DNA from: Deltaproteobacteria bacterium
GTDB taxonomy: Bacteria > Myxococcota > JACRCW01
Reading direction: 5' to 3'
Length of the DNA: 52,638 nucleotides
Assembly: GCA_016218805.1 (NCBI GenBank)
Contig: JACRCW010000156.1
Location: forward strand, 1 to 52,638
Part shown: piece by piece, positions 18,306-26,323 of the stretch
Layout of the letters: the number at the start of each line of letters is the position of its first letter
How positions within the stretch are numbered: position 1 is the first letter of the stretch
The notes under the pieces: model-generated
Seen by the model: the letters and a program-made list of their open reading frames with translations, nothing else
The model's database searches: none
What the model was told of the DNA's origin: nothing
Made by a program: the position numbers and the translations under genes

Positions 18306-19127
18306 ATGCCGCTGCCCGTTGTGAACGACGACAGCCCGCTGTGCCAGGGCCCCGCCGCCAGCTGCGCCGCGTGCTGCGGGGTGTTCAACTTTGCGGACCG
18401 CTCCCCGCACGCGCTGCACGCGCGGCTGGAGCAGCGCACCGCGCGCGTGACCGCGGCGGGATGGGACCTGCAGGCGCTGACCGCGGTGGCGCGCGCGCTG
18501 TCCCTCCAGGAATCCCCGCAGCTGCTGTTCCGGGCGGTGCGCACCTGCCCGCTGGCGGGTTTTCTCAACGAGGAACGCACCCGCGTGGGCTGCCTCATCC
18601 ATCCGCGGCGGCACCCCGCCGGCGCGGACCTGCGGGACCTGGGCGCGTACGGGGACCGGACCATCTGCGCGGGGCACCTGTGCGCGCCGCATACGTGGAT
18701 GACCGCGGCGGACCGCGCGCTGCTGGCGGCGGCACCGGGGTGGCGCGCGTACAGCATGGCCGTGGGTGAGACGGGCTTTGTGAAAGCGGTGCTGCGTCAC
18801 GTGGCCAACCGGCGCGGCGGCGAAGTGCACGCGGACGAGCTTGCGAACGCGCGCGTTCGGGCGGCGGCGGCGCGGGTGCTGGCGCTGTTTGACGCGTGGC
18901 CGTGGGCGGACCCGGACCCGCGGCGTTTTGGCGGGTTCTCGTTTGCCGGAGATGACGCGTACACGCGTGAGGTGCCGTCAGCGGGGCGCTTCCCGTTCAT
19001 CCGTCCCAATGAGGCAACGCTGCTGGATGCGCTGGGCTCTCGCCTGGAGGACGAGGCCACGGCGCGCGCCGCGCTGGACGGGCTGGTGCTTGCGCTGCGG
19101 CCGCTGGTGGAAGCGCTGGGCGGGTGA
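18306..19127 (+). CDS. uncharacterised Cys-rich (probable Fe-S/Zn-binding) protein
   Basis: CQ…SCAACCG…CPLAGFL…GCLIHP…IC…C; start 18273 or 18306. Confidence 0.75.
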   Translation: MPLPVVNDDSPLCQGPAASCAACCGVFNFADRSPHALHARLEQRTARVTAAGWDLQALTAVARALSLQESPQLLFRAVRTCPLAGFLNEERTRVGCLIHPRRHPAGADLRDLGAYGDRTICAGHLCAPHTWMTAADRALLAAAPGWRAYSMAVGETGFVKAVLRHVANRRGGEVHADELANARVRAAAARVLALFDAWPWADPDPRRFGGFSFAGDDAYTREVPSAGRFPFIRPNEATLLDALGSRLEDEATARAALDGLVLALRPLVEALGG

Positions 19128-19183
19128 ACCTTGCCCGGCGGAGCGTGCATGGATATCCCCGCGCCGGGGACGACGGAGGCGGT

Positions 19184-19684
19184 GTGACCAAAGCGCGCGA
19201 GATGGACCTGGAGACCCTGCGGGGAGAGCCCCTGCCCGACGCCCTGCGCGATGCGGTCATGTCCTTCATGGAGGAGCAGATCCCGTTCAATCAGTACCTG
19301 GGGATGAAGGTGGTGACGCTGCAGCGCGGGCGCGCCGTCCTGGAGCTTCCCGCGCGTCCGGAGTTCACCGGGGACCCGTTCCGCCCCGCGCTCCACGGCG
19401 GCGTCATCTCCACGCTGGCAGACACGGTGGGCGGACTCGCGTGCTTCTCGCTGGCGGACGTGGAGGACCGCGCGTCCACCATTGACCTGCGTGTGGACTA
19501 CCTGCGGCCGGGCAAGGTGAACACGCCGCTGCAGGCTGAGGCGGAGATCATCCGCATGGGCAACCGCGTGGCCGTGGCCAACGTCGTGGTGTTTCAGGAG
19601 GGGGACCGCGCGCACCCGGTGGCGGTGGCCAAGGGCGTGTACTCCATGCGGCGCGGGCGGCGCACCGAGCTGCCTGAGCCGTGA
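19184..19684 (+). CDS. PaaI-like hotdog-fold thioesterase
   Basis: IPFNQYLG, LHGGVISTLAD, TIDLRVDYLRP; GGAGG RBS. Confidence 0.92.
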   Translation: MTKAREMDLETLRGEPLPDALRDAVMSFMEEQIPFNQYLGMKVVTLQRGRAVLELPARPEFTGDPFRPALHGGVISTLADTVGGLACFSLADVEDRASTIDLRVDYLRPGKVNTPLQAEAEIIRMGNRVAVANVVVFQEGDRAHPVAVAKGVYSMRRGRRTELPEP

Positions 19685-19691
19685 GGCATGC

Positions 19692-19967
19692 ATGGGAACC
19701 GTCGACATTGCCCTGCTGGTGATGCTTGGTGCCATGGCGCTGGGAAACGCCGCCGTGCTGGCGCGCGTGGCGTGGCGCGAGCAACGACCCGAGCTGGGCC
19801 TGCTCGGCGTCACGGGGTTCAACAGCGTCGTCGTGATGGTGGGGCTCGGGTTCCAGTGGGACTCCTACCAGGCCATCTTCCTGGTGCCCGTGCTGCTGAT
19901 GGTGGTGGCCGGTCTCAACCTGATGGCCGCCGTGCGCCTGGGCCTCACGCTGCTCGAGGACGAATGA
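19692..19967 (+). CDS. small membrane protein (3 predicted TM helices)
   Basis: 91 aa, three hydrophobic stretches; lies between co-oriented genes. Confidence 0.7.
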   Translation: MGTVDIALLVMLGAMALGNAAVLARVAWREQRPELGLLGVTGFNSVVVMVGLGFQWDSYQAIFLVPVLLMVVAGLNLMAAVRLGLTLLEDE

Positions 19968-20002
19968 GCGCCGTGTTACCGTCGCCACTTCTTGGAGGAA
20001 GC

Positions 20003-20572
20003 ATGCAACTGCCGGTGCTCCATATCGAGTACCCCGCGTGGGTCGCCTCGCACGTTGACTGGGACCGCCCCTACCGTACCGACGAGGACCGGATGCGCCT
20101 CGCGATTGAGATGTCACGGCAGAACGTGGTGACGGGGACGGGCGGCCCGTTTGGCGCGGCCATCTTTGAGCGCGCGTCCGGGAAGCTGGTCAGCGTGGGG
20201 ATGAACAGCGTGGTCCGCTACAACAACAGCACGCTGCACGGCGAGATGATGGCGTTCATGATGGCGCAGGCGCGGTTGGGAAGTTTTACGCTGCGCGCCA
20301 AGGACGGGCCGGAGCATGAGCTGTTCACGTCGTGTGACCCGTGCGCCATGTGCCTGGGCGCCACCTTGTGGAGCGGCGTCACGCGCGCCGTGTGCGGCGC
20401 TGACCGTGAAGATGCGTTCCGGTTGCACTTTGAGGAGGGGCCGGTCTTCCCCGAGTCATTGCAGTATCTACGCAAGCGCGGCATTGAGATTGTGGCGGGG
20501 TTCCTGCGCGAAGAGGCCAACGCGGTCCTGGAACTGTACCGGCAGAACAAGGGCGTCATCTACAACGGGTGA
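20003..20572 (+). CDS. nucleoside/nucleotide deaminase (cytidine-deaminase superfamily, guanine deaminase/TadA-like)
   Basis: GGPFGA, HGE, CDPCAMC; GGAGGA RBS (alternative start 19964). Confidence 0.9.
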   Translation: MQLPVLHIEYPAWVASHVDWDRPYRTDEDRMRLAIEMSRQNVVTGTGGPFGAAIFERASGKLVSVGMNSVVRYNNSTLHGEMMAFMMAQARLGSFTLRAKDGPEHELFTSCDPCAMCLGATLWSGVTRAVCGADREDAFRLHFEEGPVFPESLQYLRKRGIEIVAGFLREEANAVLELYRQNKGVIYNG

Positions 20573-21023
20573 CGTTGGCCACGGCGGCGCGGACGGCGGA
20601 CACGGCGGCGGGAACCGCGCGCGCCACTGAGTCATTGAGTCCCTGGCCCATGGACGCCTGGTCCTCCACTTCAACGGCCACGACGTGGATGTGCCGCGGC
20701 ACCGGGGCGCCGAATGCGCGCGCCAGCCGCAGCGCGGTGGGCAGGCCGATGCCGTGCGTGGTGGGTCCCGCCGTGGCGGGGAGCGCATCCATGGGAAACT
20801 CCACAATGGACCCGGCAGGCCGCCGCCCGGATTGCACGGCATCCAGCAACACCACGGAATCAAAACCGTCCATGTCGTCCAGCAGGTGCAGGCCGGACAA
20901 CTCACTGCGGCGGATGACCGCGCCGGGTGGCGGGTCCCGCTCCAGTTCGTCCGCCACGCGCCATCCCACGCCGTCATCACGACGCAGCGGGTTGCCCAGG
21001 CACAGCACCAGGACCGCCGTCAT
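20556..21023 (-). CDS. hydrogenase maturation protease
   Basis: LGNPLRRDDGVG, LLDAV, TTHGIGL; directly downstream of the large subunit. Confidence 0.93.
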   Translation of the reverse strand: MTAVLVLCLGNPLRRDDGVGWRVADELERDPPPGAVIRRSELSGLHLLDDMDGFDSVVLLDAVQSGRRPAGSIVEFPMDALPATAGPTTHGIGLPTALRLARAFGAPVPRHIHVVAVEVEDQASMGQGLNDSVARAVPAAVSAVRAAVANVTRCR

Positions 21024-22501
21024 GCGTCGCCAGCAACCACCCCGCGTGACAGGCGGCGCACCAGCGTGCCGTCACGCGCGCGCACCTGCACGTCCAAGGG
21101 CATCTCCCCCGGCAGCGAATGCGACGCGCACGCGTTGCACGGGTCGTACGCGCGGTACGCCATCTCAAGCTGGTTGAGGATGGCGTCATCCACCTTGCCG
21201 CCGTGGATGAACCCGCGCGCCGCTTTCCGCACGGAAATCTGCACCGGCGCGGCGTTGTGCTGGGAGGCGACGATGAGGTTCACGTGCGTAAGGATGCCCT
21301 GTGCGTCGGTCTGGTAGTGGTGGATGAGCGTGCCGCGCGGCGCCTCCACAATGCCAATGCCCTCAGCGGGTGTGGCCTCAGGGATGCGGCGCACGTCCGG
21401 ACTACGCAGTTCCTCATCCTCCGCCAGCGCCGCAACGGCCTCCGCGGCCTGCATCACCTCCACCAGCCGGGCCCAGTGGAACGCCAGCGTGCGGTGCACT
21501 GGACGCCCGCCCAGGGCGGTGAACATCTTCTGCCGGTGCTCTTCCGCGCGCGGCGTGGCCATGCCGGTGGCGGCGTTGAGGCGTCCCAGCGGGCCCACGC
21601 GGTACAGGCTGCTGTCCGGTCCCTCTTCAAACCCCTTCCAGCCACGCGCGCGGAGGAACGGGAACTTCACGTACGTCCAACTCTCCGCGTGCTCGTCAAT
21701 GTGCTGTGCGTAGTCGCGCGCGGCAAACGTGAGCAGTTCGGCACCCGCGGTGTCCACCACGCGCACCCGGCCGCGGTAGAAGGTCACGCGGCCCTGGTCA
21801 TCCACCAGGCCCATGGAGTGGGTACGCAGGTTGAACGGTTCGGCCTCCATGGCCCGGTTCCACGCGTCCCCCGCCACGACGAGCTTGTAGAAGGTGTCCA
21901 GCGAGAATGCCGCGAAATCCACCAGCGAAGGAGCCAGCGCGCGGAGCTTTTCCAGCGTGGGAGGGGGCATGGGGCGGGACAGCCCGCCGGGCAGGGCAAA
22001 CACCGGATGTGCCGTGCGGCCGGACATTTCCCCCATGATGGCGCGCACCGCCTTGCGCGTGCTGACGACGCGCGCGCCCACGTCCGCACCCAGCTTGGCG
22101 ATGACGCCGAGCACGTTGCGCTGTGCTGGCGGCGTGTCCGCGCCCAGCAGCAGGTCCGGGCCGCCCAGGTAGTAGAAGTGGAGCGCGTGGTCCTCGAGAA
22201 TGAACAGGTTGTAATAGAGTTCCCGCAGTTTGTGGGCGGCCGGTGGCGGGTCCACCTTCCACAGGTCATCCAGCGCGCGCGCGGAGGCCAGGTGGTGCGC
22301 GGCAGGGCACACACCGCAGATGTGCGCGGTGATTTGCGGCATTTCCTCGGCGGGACGACCCACACAGAAACGCTCAAATCCACGCAATTCCGGAATCTGC
22401 AGGTACGCGTGCTCCACCTCGCCGGCGTCATTCAGGAAGATCTCAATCTTCCCGTGGCCCTCCAGGCGCGTCATGGGGTCAATGGTGATGCGCTGGCTCA
22501 T
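21020..22501 (-). CDS. mvhA: [NiFe]-hydrogenase large subunit, group 3c-like (MvhA)
   Basis: TRLEGHG, RGFE…ICGVC (L1), EAPRGTL, RAYDPCNACASH (L2) plus a cleavable C-terminal extension. Confidence 0.93.
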   Translation of the reverse strand: MSQRITIDPMTRLEGHGKIEIFLNDAGEVEHAYLQIPELRGFERFCVGRPAEEMPQITAHICGVCPAAHHLASARALDDLWKVDPPPAAHKLRELYYNLFILEDHALHFYYLGGPDLLLGADTPPAQRNVLGVIAKLGADVGARVVSTRKAVRAIMGEMSGRTAHPVFALPGGLSRPMPPPTLEKLRALAPSLVDFAAFSLDTFYKLVVAGDAWNRAMEAEPFNLRTHSMGLVDDQGRVTFYRGRVRVVDTAGAELLTFAARDYAQHIDEHAESWTYVKFPFLRARGWKGFEEGPDSSLYRVGPLGRLNAATGMATPRAEEHRQKMFTALGGRPVHRTLAFHWARLVEVMQAAEAVAALAEDEELRSPDVRRIPEATPAEGIGIVEAPRGTLIHHYQTDAQGILTHVNLIVASQHNAAPVQISVRKAARGFIHGGKVDDAILNQLEMAYRAYDPCNACASHSLPGEMPLDVQVRARDGTLVRRLSRGVVAGDA

Positions 22502-23910
22502 GGGAGCACCGGGAAGCGGCGCGCGGGGATGAGCGCGGACGCCATGGAGTAGCGGTAGAACGTCCCGGTGGGGTCCACAAACGCACCGGCTGCAGCGGCG
22601 GCACCCTCCGCGCTTTCACCGGCCAGCAGCGAACCCACCGCGCCGAGGAATGCCGCGCCCTGGTCCGTCACCCCGTCGGGCGGGCCAAAGCAGCCGCGGC
22701 ACGGCATGTTGGCGTTCATGCAGCTCTCTCCGCAGCCCTGGCGCGTGGCGGGGCCCAGGCACACCAGCCCGTCAGCCAGAAAGCATTTGTCCGGGTTGGG
22801 TTGGTAGGTGGCAATGCGCCGCATGCGGGACAGGTCCACCTTCTCCGGGCGTGACTCGCGGCGCGTGCACGTCTCGCACAGCGCGCGGCCGGGAGAGAGG
22901 ACGGCGCCGAACGGAGGCAGTTTCCCGGCCAGCAGCGCCTGTACCGCGGGGAGGATGACTTCCGTCGTCGGTGGACAGCCGGGCACGGTGCAGTCCACCG
23001 CCACCACTTCCGCCAGCGGCCGCACGCGCGCGCACAGGTCCGGCAGGTGCAACGCGTCGTGTTGCGTCCCGGGATGGTCCCCGTGTGAGACGGCACGGAT
23101 GGCGGCCGACCCGACGAGGTTGCCCAGCCCCACGATGCCCCCGAGGTGCGCACACGCTCCAAAGGCCACCACCACGCGGGACTTGCGCCGCAACAACTCC
23201 GCCATTTCCACCTGTTCCTGCGTGCGCACCGCGCCGTTGATGAAGCTGACGTCAATGTCGCCGTCGGGCAGCGCCTCAATGTCCTTGCGGCGGAAGTCCA
23301 GCGCCACAGGCCACAGCACCACGTCCGCCACCTCCAGCACCGCGTGCAGACCCTCCGCAAGGTCCACAATGGCCTCCTCGCATCCGCCGCAGGAGGCGTT
23401 CCAGTAGAACGCCAGGCGCGGCCGCCGTCCGGCGGGCGGGGCGGCGGCGGCCGGTCCCGGTTGCACGTGGGCCGGGACCGCGGAGGGCGCTTCTTCCAGC
23501 GTGGACCGGGCGTAGCTCAGGGGGCCCAACTGCTGCAGCGCGGCCGTCATCTCCCGCACCGTGGAGGCAAAATGCTCGCTTTCCGTGGCGGACGCCCACG
23601 TCATGCGGACACGCGCGGGTTCAAAGCCCAGGTCCGCCAGCGTGCGCTGCAACAGCGTGAAACGCGCCAGCGCCTCAATGTTTCCGCGCAGGTAATGGCA
23701 ATCCCCCGGGTGGCATCCGGCAACCAGGACGCCGTCCGCGCCCTCGCGCAGCGCCTGGACCACGTGCGTGGGCTCAATGCGGCCGGTGCACATCACGCGG
23801 ATGGTCAGCAGCGCCTGCGGGTAGACCAGGCGCTCGCGCCCGGCAGCGTCGGCCGCTGCGTAGGCGCAGTGATCGCACAGGAACGCCACAATGCGCGGGG
23901 TGAACGTCAT
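22498..23910 (-). CDS. fused MvhD ([2Fe-2S]) - MvhG (hydrogenase small subunit)
   Basis: N-terminal FLCDHCAY…RVMCTGR…GCHPGDCHY; Ala/Pro linker; SCGGC…GACA…PGCPP…CETC…CLGPATRQGC…PCRGC. Confidence 0.92.
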   Translation of the reverse strand: MTFTPRIVAFLCDHCAYAAADAAGRERLVYPQALLTIRVMCTGRIEPTHVVQALREGADGVLVAGCHPGDCHYLRGNIEALARFTLLQRTLADLGFEPARVRMTWASATESEHFASTVREMTAALQQLGPLSYARSTLEEAPSAVPAHVQPGPAAAAPPAGRRPRLAFYWNASCGGCEEAIVDLAEGLHAVLEVADVVLWPVALDFRRKDIEALPDGDIDVSFINGAVRTQEQVEMAELLRRKSRVVVAFGACAHLGGIVGLGNLVGSAAIRAVSHGDHPGTQHDALHLPDLCARVRPLAEVVAVDCTVPGCPPTTEVILPAVQALLAGKLPPFGAVLSPGRALCETCTRRESRPEKVDLSRMRRIATYQPNPDKCFLADGLVCLGPATRQGCGESCMNANMPCRGCFGPPDGVTDQGAAFLGAVGSLLAGESAEGAAAAAGAFVDPTGTFYRYSMASALIPARRFPVLP

Positions 23911-23924
23911 GGGAGCGGCCTCCG

Positions 23925-24146
23925 TCAGAACTGGATCTGGATGGTCAGCAACGGCGCCTTGCCGTTCACCGTCAGCACCATCTTCTTCTTCTTCTGGCAG
24001 AACTCACGGATATCCTTCTCAAACGACGGACAATCTCCCGATATTTCCACCAGCGTGCCCGGAGCCGTCTTTTGTGTGGCATTGGACAGGGCCAGCGTGG
24101 GGTGCGGACAGCGCAAACCTACAGCGTCAATCTTCTGGATCTCCAT
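23925..24146 (-). CDS. tusA: TusA-family sulfur carrier protein
   Basis: 73 aa, IDAVGLRCPHP (CPxP), G-x-L-x-I-x-x-D, DIREFC. Confidence 0.88.
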   Translation of the reverse strand: MEIQKIDAVGLRCPHPTLALSNATQKTAPGTLVEISGDCPSFEKDIREFCQKKKKMVLTVNGKAPLLTIQIQF

Positions 24147-24163
24147 TTCCTTTGCTTTCCTCC

Positions 24164-26110
24164 TCAGTGACTCCGGGTGGTACCCTCCATGGCCAACAAT
24201 CCGCTGATTTCCGCGGAGACCTGGCGGTACTCAAACTGCGGACACGCAATGGCGAGCGACGGGCACGCTGCGGCGCACGTCCCGCACCCGCGGCAATGCG
24301 CGGGCTCCACGCGGCACTTGCCATCCGCGAGCGTGCGGATGGCTCCGTACGGGCACGCCGTCACGCACACGCCGCACGCTCCGCACCGCTCCGGGATGAC
24401 GCGCGCGGCCAGCGGTTCCAGCTCCAGCCGTTCGCCGGGGAGGCGGGTGGAGAGGATGCGCCCGGCCGCCGCGGTGCCATCCCGCACCACGTCACCCAGC
24501 GGGCGCGGGCCCAGCGCCGCGCCCACCACGTAGATCCCCGGCACGCGCGTTCCCGTTGGCACCAGCAGGTCAACGTCCGCTTCCAAGAATCCCTCCGCCG
24601 TGGTGCGCACGTGGAGATCGCGCGCCAGCTCGCCCACGGTGGAAGACGGACGCGTGCCGGTCCACAACACCACCAGGTCCGCGGTCCCCGTGGACGCCAG
24701 CTTGCCCGCGCGCCGGTAGGACACCCCGTTGTCCGTGGGAACCAGCGTTGCGGGGTCCAGCGCCCCGCTGGAGAACGCAACGCCCGCCGCGCGCAGCTGC
24801 TCAATCATGGGCGCGGCAAGTGTGGCTTGGTGGCAATCCCCCGCAAGTTGCAGCTCCACGCCCTCACAAACGTCCAACAGGCGGACGGCCAGCTTGGTCA
24901 GCTCGCGGCGGGCAAGGTCCGTGTCCCGCGCCGGCATCTCTGACGACGGCGCGAGCACCACGCGCCGCGGTACACCGCCGCCGGGCACCGTGACCTTGCC
25001 CGACGTGGGTCCCTGCGGATGCAGCATGCGCTCCAGTTGCACGCACGAGATGACCCCGGGCACCGCCGGGACCGGCAGCGTCTCCATCCCCGTGGCGACG
25101 ACCACCGCACCGCACGTCAACGTGCGGTTCACCGGCGCCCGCTGGAAATCAATGGCATTCATGGGGCAGGCCTGGACGCACGGTCCGTCACACCCCGCGC
25201 CGTTGCACCGGCCGCAGTGCACCGGGTCCACGTGTGACACGTGCGGCAGCGACCCTGAGTACGCCATGCCGATCGCCTTGCGCTGGCCCACGCCCTCGTC
25301 GAGCGGATCGGGGAAGGACACGGGGCAGGCCGCGGCGCATTCCCCCGCACCCATGCACCGCGACGGGTCCACCGCCGGCGCGGCGGATTCCACCTCAACG
25401 GTGAACTGCCCGTGGAAGCCCTTCACGGAGACCACGCGGGATTCGCGCAGGACGTCAATCTGCGGGTGGTCCAGCACCTGGTTGATGGCCGGCTCCAGGA
25501 AACAGGACGCACACTTCATGGACGGGAAGACCTCATCCAACCGCGCAAGCAGTCCGCCCAGCGCGGCGCTGCGTTCCACCAGCGCCACGCGCCGGTTCTT
25601 CTGCGCCAGCGTCAGCGCGGCGGACAGCCCCGCCATTCCCCCACCAATTACGACGACATCCGCGCTGGCCTCCACCGTGCGCGTTTCCACCGCTTCCTGT
25701 TGCGCGGCCCGCCACAGTGCGCCCCGCACCAGGCCGCGCGCCCGCACGGTCGCCTGGCCGTCGTCGTCGCCCTGCCATTCGCACTGCTCCCGCAGATTGG
25801 TCATCTGCAACAGGAACGGGTTGAGTCCCGCGTCGGCCAGCACCTGCCGGAAGGTCGCTTCGTGCTCATGCGGTGAGCACCCGCCAATCACCACGCGGTC
25901 CAGTCCCTGCGTCCGCACCTGCTCAGCAAGCTTGGCTTTCCCGTCGGGCGCGCACAGAAACGCGTGCCGCTGCACCACCGCCGCCTCCGGCCACGCCTCC
26001 TGTGCCGCCAGGTCATCCAGCCGGATGGCGTTTCCCATGTTGGGACCGCACTCGCAGAAGAACAGGCCAATCCGTGGTGACGGAGTTGGCTTGCCATGCT
26101 GTTCACTCAC
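24164..26110 (-). CDS. hdrA: heterodisulfide reductase subunit A-like flavo/Fe-S protein
   Basis: RIGLFFCECGPN…GCSP…NLREQC, VIGGGMAG FAD motif, FPSMKCASC, inserted and C-terminal ferredoxin motifs; GGAGG RBS. Confidence 0.9.
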   Translation of the reverse strand: MSEQHGKPTPSPRIGLFFCECGPNMGNAIRLDDLAAQEAWPEAAVVQRHAFLCAPDGKAKLAEQVRTQGLDRVVIGGCSPHEHEATFRQVLADAGLNPFLLQMTNLREQCEWQGDDDGQATVRARGLVRGALWRAAQQEAVETRTVEASADVVVIGGGMAGLSAALTLAQKNRRVALVERSAALGGLLARLDEVFPSMKCASCFLEPAINQVLDHPQIDVLRESRVVSVKGFHGQFTVEVESAAPAVDPSRCMGAGECAAACPVSFPDPLDEGVGQRKAIGMAYSGSLPHVSHVDPVHCGRCNGAGCDGPCVQACPMNAIDFQRAPVNRTLTCGAVVVATGMETLPVPAVPGVISCVQLERMLHPQGPTSGKVTVPGGGVPRRVVLAPSSEMPARDTDLARRELTKLAVRLLDVCEGVELQLAGDCHQATLAAPMIEQLRAAGVAFSSGALDPATLVPTDNGVSYRRAGKLASTGTADLVVLWTGTRPSSTVGELARDLHVRTTAEGFLEADVDLLVPTGTRVPGIYVVGAALGPRPLGDVVRDGTAAAGRILSTRLPGERLELEPLAARVIPERCGACGVCVTACPYGAIRTLADGKCRVEPAHCRGCGTCAAACPSLAIACPQFEYRQVSAEISGLLAMEGTTRSH

Positions 26111-26323
26111 GCGGAACCTCCGTGCGCTTCAGGGGAAGGCGTTCCGGCCAACGCGGCCGCGAAGCTACAGCCCTGCCACAACGGCTACAAGGTTGACGAT
26201 CGCCGCGACCGGGTAGAAACGCGAAGATCCTGCGTTGGCGTCACCGTCCCGCCGGGGTGCGCGATTTGTCGTCGAGACCGCAGTGTGTTGCGGCGCGGAC
26301 TCCATTCGTGGAAGTTGCGCACC

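Noticed and set aside
21020..26110. Selenocysteine-containing hydrogenase/HdrA
   Set aside because: All ORFs are uninterrupted, with Cys at the usual Sec positions (DPCNAC, GCHPGDCHY)
26111..26323. FNR/Rex or sigma54 site upstream of the hydrogenase operon
   Set aside because: Only a TTGAC half-site was seen; no full palindrome and no GG-N10-GC consensus that I could support
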